Positions 19,301-31,500 of a DNA stretch of 64,000 bases are shown piece after piece (the stretch's first letter is position 1; each line of letters begins with the position of its first letter). The stretch is from a virus. A program made the position numbers and the translations under genes. The notes beneath the pieces were generated by a model. It made no database searches. It was not told the origin of the DNA and worked only from the letters and a program-made list of their open reading frames with translations. The stretch lies in the IMG/VR virus record IMGVR_UViG_3300045988_159113; one strand, given 5' to 3'.

Positions 19301-22300
19301 TTTCCTGCGTGTGGAATGAACGCTATGCATTATCTTTCCCAATCTATGCCTTTTGAGATACTGGATCTGATACACTGACAATTTTGCCCTCCATGGAATT
19401 TTCAACAATCTCTGTGGTTTGTTTCATTACGACAAACTCACCAATTCCATATTGATTCTTTTTGTACCCTAAATAGTCGTGTATCTTATTGTTGAATCTA
19501 TTCACCTCATTGTTAGTATATGCAAGTATTTTGATAGCGCTCACATTTCCAGCTTGCACAGATTCTTTTATGAATTTAAGCGTCTGATCATTTAGGTCTA
19601 AATTGCTAGAGTAGATTGCGCCACTTTCGTTTTCATTTGTGATATTCGGAGAAGTTATTCCTGGAACATTATCGTAAAATCTTTCTGCATATCTCAAAAT
19701 CGGGTTTTCACTAGATCCTTGTCTCATATTCTATTCAAGAGCGAATCTCAGTTTTACAAGATTCGGACCAGCATTTGGGCTGAGATACATGTCCGGCTCT
19801 CGCATTTCAGAATCAAATATTGTGTAGTTATTAAACAAATCGTCTTCTAATGCTGGCAACTGACCTTTGTCTCCAAGTAATAACAAGATAGAACCTGGTT
19901 TCATTTGCAATCTGATCATATCAATCTGCGAATTGCTTAACATGGAAATCTCATCCAATACAACAATATCTGCATTTTTGATTGGTGCTTGTTTACCAAT
20001 ATGTGTGTAATCAAATACTCCATCCGCATTTGGCTTTATTCCAAGCATCTATGCAAAACTCAAAGATTTATAATTTGAATATCGCCCATGCTTAATACTC
20101 TCTGATATATTGGAAGAGATTATATTTTTAGCTTTATGACTTAATGCTCCAACAATCAAATTCGCCTATGATGTTATCCTCATTGGTAAATTGCGCAATA
20201 TTGCATCCACAGTTGATGTCTTACCTGTTCCTGCTTTTCCATCAATTACGATTGTTGAAACTTTTGTTGATTCATCACCAAAGTTTTCCGTGATCAGTTT
20301 AATTGATTCGCGTACAGCCTCAGACTGTTTTTTGTTTAACTGGAAACCATTTGATATGATACTGTCAGATACACTTTCATCAGTAGGATTTAGTTCAATA
20401 TTGTCGTTGAATTTATTAGAGAAATTTTCACGCCCTTCTTGTGCATCTACATACATCATGGAAACTTCTGGATCTATGAATGTACGTCTCTCTCTAGTAC
20501 CTTGCTTTGTTATATCTATTTTTGACATAACGGAGTTTGGACCGCCGAGATATGTAATGCCATCGATACTATCAATTGCTTGTACAATAGCGTCTTTTGC
20601 TTTAGTATAGTTGTCTAGACGTTCTTTCTTACTCTTTGTTGTATCTGCAACTATTGCGAATTTAGATTTCAAATCTTCTGAAATGCCAGCAATTAAATGG
20701 TTTTCAAATTTATATCCATCTCCGCTTATATCTTTTGGACTTCTTGCTATATCTTCAAGTAAATTCAACAAATCATATAACTCATTGGCATCTTTTACAG
20801 ATTCTTGACGACCAAAACAATATGCTGTATTTTCAATATCTGTTTTTACTGAGTACAAAACTGGATCAATTCCATTCGGAGACATGTCCCAATTTGATTT
20901 ATCAAATTTACCTTCATGTATTGCTGCACAAATAGCTGATTGATCAAATGTGTCTTCAGTAGAGTGAGTTGAAAGCATTATCTTCTTATTCACCTATTGA
21001 AGCATTTGATACAAAGAAGAAGGAACATAATATTCCCATGTCTGTCCGGCCATTGCTAGCTCTTGCTTTATAAATGATGCATTTATAACCTCTTGAGAAT
21101 TAGATATTGCAAAGAAGTTTTGTCCAGCTATACGTATTGGTGCGATGATAGCATCATTGCCAAAGACCTTTTTGACATCTTCAACAGTGCCAAGTGCCCC
21201 ATCTTTTGAAAGCGATTCGTCATCACTACCGATTAGCAGAAGTGCTCCATCTCGTATCGCCAATTTCCCTTCGTCTATGATTGTTTTGTTTATATCTTGC
21301 TTCGGCTTGCTCTTTGGATTCAATGTGCAAATCAGTACAATATCACCATTTTGATACTATGAACAGTTGACTACATCTGGATCTTGTTTTAGTGCCATTG
21401 TGACACTGCGCTCAGACAAATAATTTTTTTCGCTATTTTCCGCAGATGGCAAATATCCTATATATTTGTTTGATATCTAAGCCATGACATTGAGCTGTTC
21501 AAAATCTTTTTGTATTTCCTGTTTCTTTGAAAATACAGGCTCGAGATTCGCTGTCTCAAATTCATACGCCCAAGATACATTCTCCAAAAGTTCTGCAAGT
21601 ATTCTTGCAAGGCTTCTGCTTGCTGGCTATCCATCATATATTACCTTTGACGTATCTTTTGCCATCATGTTTTTATAAGCAAGAATAAGTTTCGGATTTT
21701 GATATGCCCACAATTCATATAATGGTTTCAAAAATGTCTCGTATTCTTCTTCTCCATATTTTGATGGCTTAGTATCTGTTGCTTTGTTATAATCATCTAT
21801 TATTTGTTTGATTGATTTACCTGAAATGTCTTGCAAAGAATCTTTTTTCGCTGTAGATCGTGGTGGTCTCTTTGTAAATACAGGCTCTTTTCCTGGTTTT
21901 TTAGGCTCTTCGCCAGTTTGCGTTTCTTCCCATTTCTAATATTTAGCTTTTGCTTTCTCCCATTTAGCATGTGCATCTTCAAATTCTTTGTGTTCTTTTA
22001 TATATGCATCATGTCTTTTGTTGAATGATTCAATTGCTTCTCTTTGCTTTTCTTCATAGAATCCTTGAAGCTTTTGAAATATAGTGTCTGGCAAATAAGT
22101 TCCGGGTTTAAATGTTGCATTTGCTGGTAATAATGCACCAAAAGATGTCTGAAAATTGAAATATTCACCTGTTGGCAACTACTATGACCAGCGGTCTTTT
22201 GCCGGTCTATCATCAAATACAAATGTTTTTTCACGATATATACATTTACCTCCATTGATCACAGCCCAATCTTGATTAAGATGTTTTGCACTCATTACAG

Positions 22301-25300
22301 CAGCATATCCAATACCAGATTGTCCATCAGATAAGATTCTGATTTTTTGATCTCCTATGCTAGTTGTTATACCTTGTATAATTCCAACAAACGTTCTATT
22401 GAAATCTGATTGCTATATGAATTTGCTTTTGAACTTAGTAATATCATCGCCTATTATACAAATATTTCTTTTGTCTGTTGTATTAGCAGCTTTGATATTT
22501 TCAACAATAGTTTCGATTGTATTATTGATGAAACTCTAATTTCCAAGATCTGTGTCAGATATTTCTATTATATGCAAAAGTTTCTTTTTGTCTTTTGCTT
22601 TTTTATTTGCTGCATCTATGCGTTGCTGTAAATTAAGAATATCCTTTTGGTTTTTATCTTTTGTGAACACGTAAATCTCATCAGATTCTACCATCAACTA
22701 TTGATATAGCTATGAACGTCTCCCTTGTTCTAAGAATGTAAAATGCTCATCAAATTTTTCCCCATCAGTTTTCTCTTGTGTCTACTCTTCGCTTCTCTAC
22801 AACACATTCCGTTCCATTTTGGGAATTATTATCTTTGACTTATCTTCTGAAAATGCATAAGCATCAGCAATACTCTAATCATTTGCAAGACCATCAGCAG
22901 CATCATGCTCGCTATTGCCTTCAATAACATCCAAGAAGCCATATTCCCTGAACATCTCATAGGTTTTGAGATTATCTTTGCTAACTTCAGAATTTGCAAA
23001 TCTTATATCCTTGCCAATAGGAACAGCATTTGTAATAGCTGAGAATAAACTTGAAAGCTATTCTTCTGTCAATCCGTTTGTGTCCATATTGAATATGATA
23101 TCATATTCATTTGTCTAGAAATTGTATGTCAAATCTATATATCCATCATGGCCGTTTATACTATAGCGTGTAGCATCTACGTTCATGTGTTCTCCGTCAG
23201 CGTTTGATGCGGAAAGTGTGATTTGTTTAATATCTACATCTGTATTTCTATGCAAATCAAAAGCAGCATCTTGATCATATGAATTTTGTAAAGCGTTTAT
23301 TTCTGAATCAAAATCAGCGAAATCTTTTTTTAGTTTACCATTACCGTAAACGAGTACACAGTTATATGATGGAGTTAACACACTCAATGATCCAGATATC
23401 TTGTGCTTGATACCTTGCTTTGTGAGTATTGATGCAATAGATGATATAGCTTGTCTATATATAGATTTTGCACTGAATGGAATTTCCAATTCGGCATAAT
23501 CAATAACCTAGCCATGTCTTTCTTTATCCAATATTTCCTGGGCATACTGCTTTGCTCTATCTGTTTTGCCTGCTCTATTTGCTAATGTCTTTATGAGGCT
23601 TTTATTTATAGCAGCATAGAATTCTTTTGTTGCGTCGGCTACCTATGATTCTGTAGATTTCGGATCAAGCATTTTCTCAAATGGAACAATGAAATCTCGT
23701 GTTCCAACTTTATTCAAAGAATATAGGGCTTTGTACAAATTCTGTGCAACATCAAATGTGAATCCTCTAAATGCACATGCATTCATCACCTGTGTCATCA
23801 TCGAAAGCTCAGCCTCGTCTGCTTGGTGCTCCTTATCAAGCTGTATTCCAAACTGAGTTGTCAAGAAGTATGACCAATTTAATTTAGCATTTTCATCATT
23901 ATATACAGTATTTGGATTCATGTTGCACTGGAACATCTTAACAGCCCCCTCAGTTGGCATATAGTGTATATTGGCATGTTTAAGAACCTAATAGAAATAT
24001 TTGACACTATCACCATCTTGTATTTTTACAAAATCAAGCTCATTGTCAGTCGGGTCAAGTTGATCCTTAACAACACCTATATCATTTGCCATATCAGCAA
24101 TCATCTGTACGGATCGCTCTGAGAGAACAAGCTTGCCTTCTGTATTCTTTGAATACGAATTTTCTCCTCCGAAAATTTCCCAAAGTGTGTAGTTGTTGTC
24201 AATTTTAACAGCCTCACCTGTTGGCATGTTTTTGATAAGATTACCATAAGCATCAACCTATTGCAACTTTACATAATACATGTTAATGCCAGGAGCTTTT
24301 TCAAGAGAAACACGATAAAATTCTCCATTCTCTTTTTTATAGACAGGTCTCGTTGAGAAATCTATACGATTGCCTTCTATTGTCCTAGTAATATCTCCGT
24401 CCCATTCAGTACCATCTGGATTTATCCATTTCAAAGATGCGCTCATTCTGAACAGATTACGATATACGCTTGAACCACGCATGTTTTCATTATTCAATGG
24501 GAATGCGGCTGTCTTCATCATTCCAGCACACATGAGCCTCTCATTATAATAATGAGCATACGGTTTCTTTGTCTAGCCCACTCTAGCACTGGCAAGCGAA
24601 TTGTTTTCCCAATATACTTGCATTGGACTTGTAAATGTCGCACCATCAAACGGTTTCACTCTATCAGTTTGACCCAAGTTGTTATAAGCGGATGCATATA
24701 TGTCTTGAATCAATGCTAACTTTGCACGAGTTGTTATGCCATTCCTCTGCCCAAGCTGGGAACCTTCCATTGCTGCTGTAAGTGATACATTACGTTTTGT
24801 TTGAGCAAGATAACGCAACGATTCGGCTGCCATTATCTTTTCACGTTCTGTAATTGCAGAAGTCTTTCCTTTAGGTATATGAGAAATAATTGATCCAACA
24901 GAGCAGTGAGTATATTCAGAAGAAAGTAAATAATCCACAAGATTATACTGTTCCAACAATGGGTTCATCTCAACGTCAAATTTCCCATCTTTCAAAAATT
25001 CCTTTTCTGTTACGTTCGGATCAAGCAAATAGAGATCTGTGTAATTTTTTATATCGTAAATTTTACCGTCTTTTTTAATTTTTGCAATAATCATCTAGCC
25101 AGAATTCTCATCATACCAGAACACTCCTTCTTTCTGACGGATTGCATCAAAACGAGCCTTGAGATCAACAATTTCCGGATTATTTCCTCTTGCCTCTTTC
25201 ACTGCTGCTGATTGCCCGTTTGTCGCAAATGCAAGACTCAGGTCTATTGCAAAATTATTTTGCAATAAATCCCAGACAGTTTTCTTGTTTTTATAATTAA

Positions 25301-28300
25301 AGAATTCATCTATAGTATAAAAATCAGATAGGTTGATCGGTGTTAATCCTACATTGCCAATCTGTGTATTAAGATTCTCGACATAGTCTTTGTTGAACCT
25401 GTACAACAAAGAAATGATTGTGTCGTTGAACTTAATATTTTCATTTTTATCAAATGTGCAATCTACCTAATTATATAATTCTGCAGGGTTCACTCTTCCA
25501 TTATCTTCGGTATTATACCACAGCAAAGCTTTATCGAACAACTATTTGTGTGTATTGATTCCTATTTCTTTCAATCGTCCAGCATTTTCATTGAACCAAT
25601 TATAGAAAGACTAAAATCCAGATAATGCATGCGGTTCGTTTGCGTAAAAATTAAATTGAGGAATTCCCCATTTATCAATATATTTGTTTATAACGGTAAA
25701 AAACCCATTGCTACTGTTCACGAAATCTTCTGAGATATTTTCATATACCCTTCTGTATTGCAAACCAATTTCATTGCGTATAACTCGAAGCAATGTGTCT
25801 TTTTTCTGCTATGTATTCATGTTTTGATCATTCAACACCTTATACATAGTTTGATTATTATCCAATTTGAATAGAGCAAGATTGAATATCGCTGTGTTCA
25901 CTTCACTTTTATCTGAGTTCGTTGTTGGAAGTATACCAATAACACCATCACCAAAAATGTCTTTGCTAGTCGATCCTGTTATTAAGTTTTGGCTAGATGA
26001 TTTTTTCATTAGTCCAGATATGAACTGATACAAAAATCCTCCATACATAAATTCAGCCGTGTTGAATTTTACGGTTCGTTTGCCTTTCTGTGCATACGAA
26101 TAGCTTTCAAGATTCTTGGCAACGCCAACAAACAATCCTGGCATTTTGACAAAAGCAGAATCTTTTGTTGCTGAATCTTCTTTTGTACATTGCAGCTCGA
26201 CCTATTCCTAAATACTACCCAGTAATCTGCTCATGCTATATGGTGAATATGCTGATCCATTTCCAGATTTCACAATTGATGGCATATTCATTTCTTTCAC
26301 AGCAAACACAGCTCGTGCTATTCTTATAAATTCAGGAGTCATCGTTGGAGTTATCAAAGAAAAACTTTTTCCTAATAATTCCGGCGCATCATTACTTGGG
26401 AAATATTTTTCAACTAATGCAACCTTATCATCACGTGTTTTTTCATTTGATAAACCCGTTTGCAACTAATCTTTCAATATAGCATTTGCTTTTATTTGAT
26501 TAGCAAACAAAAACAGGTCTTTGACAGCATTAAAATCACTTCCAGATCCCTTGTATTTTTTGAAAAGATAATCATTATATCCAAACCCAAGACAAGTCTG
26601 ATTCGATACAAATCGCTTCAATATTCCAATAATATTACCAGCATCTTTGCTTGGAAGATTATCGAAGAAATCCTTCACACTCTAATCAGATAATACAATC
26701 CGACCTGAATCTGTGTTTAATAAAGTTATCGTAGGCTTTTTTGGATTTTTTGTGTCTGTTTTTACGGTAATTTTATACCCGTCTCCTGTAATCCAATATG
26801 TGATTTTGTTTGGGTTCTTTTCGTCAACCTACGCATTATGTCCTTCAACTGATAATTTTAAAGCATGAGATCCGTTGATATTGTTTTCAAGCCTGATTTT
26901 CAAATTATCAAATTCCTGATCAAAAAGATATCTGACTCTAGTTCTTCCTCTTCTGTCTGTATAATATTGCGTGATTGCATTTTTATATATAGTTGCAGCG
27001 TTTTGCGTAAAATTATACAGAATGTCACGATTCACATCGAGATGATACAAAGAATCACTTTCTGAGGAAAATATGCCTCTATAAATAGAGAACAATTTGT
27101 CTTTCTTTTCTTTTGTATCATATCCATACTGTGCAAACAACTATTTGATTATCTCTTCATTTTGAAATTTAGCATTGTTTAATAATTCCAAAACATACCG
27201 TATGTTGTTTTCCATGTCAAGTTTCATTGATGTGATACAACGCCGTAATGTTTTGTGCTTTTCAACATATGTTTGTGTTTCTTTACTAAGGCCAAGATCG
27301 GATATTTTTGCGCTAAATAATCCATCAGCTCCTATTTCTACATAAGCGCCTGGAGATGATGCCATTGTTTTAATGTCTGCAATTACAGTTGCAAAATCAG
27401 AATAACTCAAATACAAATCTGGCTTTGCTTTTTTAGTTACAGAATCATATTCAGATGTTGTTTCGATTCCACCTTTTACAATGTAATTGATTAACTTGTC
27501 AACTATAATCTCATCTGCTTCAGCATGCGTCGTTCTATTTGTGTGACTTTTATTTGCCAAAGCATATGCCATATATCCGTTGTGTTGTTGCTATGTACTT
27601 GGCAACATCTCAATATCTTTTCCAAATAGTACAGTCAGGAAGGAATCAAAATTTGACAACAGAACAAATGCATTGTACGCATCAATAAATGCTTGAGCTT
27701 TCTTTCCGTTTTCAGTTTTCGGTTCACTCTCTGCAATATTTGCTTGTTCCAAAATATCTTCTGATGTGAATCGGTTGAAAAAGTCTTGTAATCTTGTTTT
27801 GTTCAGATCAAAAAGATATGTTGGCATTAAATTGTCACTTGCATCTTTCCTGTATAATGTGCCCGTGATAGAATTTTCACCTTGACCTTTATTTGCATTG
27901 TAGTACTCTACAAGAATCCCAAATTGGGATTCCTGTAAAGTTTTGAGATTATTATTCATCTAAAGTTGTGAAGTCACTGCACCGGCATTATCTTCTCCTC
28001 CTATCGAGCCTCTATTGATGAAGCATGATTCCCAGATGTATCTTGTGAATTTATCCTCGAATCTAGACCTTAACAGATACATACCACGAAATGCATAATC
28101 AAGGAATAGCAAATTCAATTCATTATCAGCATGCTTTCCATACACACTTTTTGTAGTCTCAACATTTGATTGTGTAGTACTTGGAGTTTCTGGATCAGCA
28201 GTTGCTTGTGTTACACCAGTGATTGCTCCTCTAATTATTGGACCGAAATCAAAATTGCTAAATCCTGAAGCATTTGAAAGTATTGTGTAATAAAGAGACG

Positions 28301-28535
28301 ATTTGATTATTGGCTCTGCAAGTCCAATAAAATCATCAACATGATCTTTTATGTCTGGGCTAGAATTCAAAATGTTTTCTCCGATATGTTTGCATATTGT
28401 TTGTGCCCAAGCAACAAATTTTTTTTCTGGAGTTGAATTCTATTTCATTACGTCCATAAATATGGACGTGCTGCCCATTAAAGTGGTACGAACAACAGAT
28501 TTTGCTGTTTCTTCATTAAATTTACATTTATTCAT
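13344..28535 (-). CDS. 5063-aa giant multidomain protein: SLOG-like motif, Dda/RecD-type SF1B helicase core and beta-prime-like DxDxD RNA polymerase catalytic loop
   Basis: One frame runs from ATG 28533..28535 (first ATG after in-frame TAA 28551; 11 nt after the upstream gene's TAA) to TGA 13344..13346. Every gap between track ORFs was hand-scanned: 66 in-frame TAGs and zero TAA/TGA. Confidence 0.8.
16707..16721 (-). other. DYDID (DxDxD) metal-binding motif of a two-barrel RNA polymerase
   Basis: The reverse complement GATTATGATATTGAT encodes DYDID. Context: IVASRIPA[TAG]CQHSFMPMRVVGFVD..NNAFVSTDQIWLQGSDYDIDTVSL. This parallels bacterial beta-prime NRAPTLHRLGIQAFEP...NADFDGDQMAV. Confidence 0.65.
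19023..20240 (-). other. SF1B (Dda/RecD-like) helicase core inside the 5063-aa ORF
   Basis: Motif I GKAGTGKT (20217..20240), II VVLDEISM, III LLLGDKGQLP, V ATTVHKAQGSTYD, VI YTALTRAK (ending at 19023). The motifs are in canonical order and are separated by seven in-frame TAGs. Confidence 0.75.
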
Positions 28536-28545
28536 ATCATCAATT

Positions 28546-31500
28546 TTAACTTATAGAAAGGACTATTGAACAAATTCCTGTTTGATTTTCTTCAATATCT
28601 TGTTTGAGCTTTTGTGCTAGTGTTTCAAGCTGATCGACTGCAGTTTTTAAATCTATTTGCCCATTTTGAATATCTTGTATTATAGTAAGATTTTGACTAG
28701 TTAACATTCCTATAAGGATATTTACTCCTTCATCTAATCTGGTAAACGAGCTTAAAATATCAATTGCCTGTATAAAGTTACTAATTTCCGTCTTGATAGA
28801 ATCTTCATATTCAATTTTCTAAGTATTACCATTTTCATCAGGTATCATTTTCTCTATTATCTTTTTTCCTTGATTGCTCAAAATAGGTGTAGGAGGAGTT
28901 CCTGGCGCGCCAACAATGCTAACATTGTTCATTATTATATTTGCATCGCTACCCAACTAGACCTATACACCACTACTTGATCCTCCTTCACTTCTGGATT
29001 CTGGATGCTTTTCAACTGAGTAGTTTACACGTAATTTTCCGGTTGCCATATCAGATTCAAAATTTATGGTTAATTTATCACCATTTGAGTTTTTAAATTC
29101 AATACCCAACAATGTTTCTGCATTTTCATCGCTAATTAAATCAATATCAATATCATCTGTAAATTCAAAATCTATATTTTCAAAATTTATATTTTGATAT
29201 TGCGGTATTGAATTGAAAATCGCCTTCCAACTTGTAAGAGAGTGTGAGATGACTGGATACTATATAGTTTGTCCGTTTAACGTACCATTGAGTTGAGTGC
29301 ATTTTCTAATGTTGCACACAAATGCAGTATATTGCATATTTTGAATATCATTCGGTTTTATCCTTCTTGCATTTTTCGGTGGGAATATATCAGCATCTCC
29401 GTCTAATACAATGTCAAGAAAACTCTCATCACCTCCAAATAAATGTTTTGCTACTTCAGCCTTAAATTCTTCATCAGTTAATGCTCTGCTTCTACTTCTA
29501 CCTCTTGATTGAGATCTCGTGTAAAAGAATGGGTGTGGCTTTCCGGTTCTTCTATCAATATTTGTGTATCCATACAAATCGTCATAGCCATTTCTTTTGT
29601 TCTCTTGCTCAGCATGATCAATTGTTTCCAAAAACAAATTGTATAAATTAGTTAGGTTAACATTAAATGCTGGTGTATCAAGTTTTCCATATACAGTGCA
29701 AGGCCTACCTTGTAACGAGTACGTTGTAAAACCATACATATCTCTATCTTGGTCTATTAATCTAAAATCATCCTGTCTGTCTTCATTACTTTGATGCTTA
29801 AACTTAGCAACCGATCTCACTGCATATTCATCTCCAAGTAATGCTTTAAATGCATTAATCCTTGCTGTGTTTATCGTGTCTGAATTATTATCATATGCTA
29901 TGTGATGTAATAAATCATTACATAAAGCTGTGAGTGAGTGCTATGTGGTTATGTCCTGAAGCCCTTGTTTTACAGTTCGTGTGATTGTTATATTATCTAT
30001 GTCGGTATAATTATATTCTCCTCTTATGGTATGTGCTATTGCATTTAATATCGTATGAGCTAATCCATGCGACGCTGTTTCCACAGTCGAGGTTGCCAGT
30101 TGCCAGCTTCTTGATGTGTTCTTGTATTTTGCAATATCAGATCCATCAAGGAAATTCCTCAATTTAGTCAATCTGTTATTATCAACTTTCCCATCAGATC
30201 CAATGATTGCATCTCGCAAGATCTTATATGATGAGAATTTGTTTCCAATTCTGAAATTACCAGAAGCACTGCGAGTTAATATTCCATGAAGGTTTTCACA
30301 ATATTCTTCAACACTATAAAGAGGTGTGTATACATAGGCGTAGAAAACATCTTTTCTTGAATTAGGATTATTTCTCTACTCTTTAAATTTATCAATCAAA
30401 TCTCCTTTTGTGTATGCAGGATTGAAAGAATACAAGACGAACGGCATACCAGATTGAACCTCTATTTTTTTACCAGGTTGAATCTCTATGTTTTGAATTT
30501 GTGATGTCAGCATTAGCATGTCTGTTTTTATACACATAGGATTAGACAAAGCTTTTGCAACTTCTGTTGCGTTCATTTTATCTTCAGCCTTGAATCCCAA
30601 ACGTGGATCTAATGCAGTAGATCCTCTTTCGGTTGATCTTGTATTTGACTGTGGGTTGCCTATACTTGCAAGATTAGTATTTTTTGGCAAAAAAACGATG
30701 TCATGATTAGTACTGTCAAAGAACTTAAATGACTATAAAAGCCATTTTAAAGTGTTTATCTTTTTCTTGTTTTTCGCAGTATTTGCATTTGATGCACTTT
30801 CTCTTGCCTCAATCTCTGTTTTCAAAACAGTCTATATACTTGTAGACTTATTATGCGTTTCGTCACCAGAGGTCAATACTCTATCGATTTTTTTGAGAAT
30901 ATTATTTTGAATAGTATTCTCATCATTAAACAGATCTAAAAACTCTTGACTCTAAATCAGTGAGAATGGATTGTTTAATGTCATCATTGGTAATTCCAAG
31001 AATAGCTGTGATGTGTTTTTCCCATCTGCGTCCTCGCTCTCAATTCCAATAAATGAGACAATTTGATTTGGACTTGGTGGGATATCCATGTCTTGATTAA
31101 ATTCAAGACGCTCCGCTTCGTTTCTGTTAAAGATTCCGTATCTTTGACCACTGTAGTTTGTTTGATCTTCCAATGTATTTCCATCTGGTCCATATTTCAC
31201 AAATCTTGTTTTTATTGCATGATCTATGAACAGATTGCCTATTTCAGCATTGAAAACATCTTCTTTTACATTAGCTCTTGTACCATCTATTTGTATATTT
31301 TGACTTTGAACTTTTGACTTTACAAAAGCAAAAACATTTGTACATGCTGATTTGATCTATTCTTTTAGTGTATCATTATTTACAGTACTTAAAAGTGCAG
31401 CTCTAAATGGAGCAATTAGTTTGATAGCATCTTCTCTAGTAAAAAGACTGCGGAATGTATCAAATACGTCTTTGTTAATAGCAAAATTGTCATATCCGCA

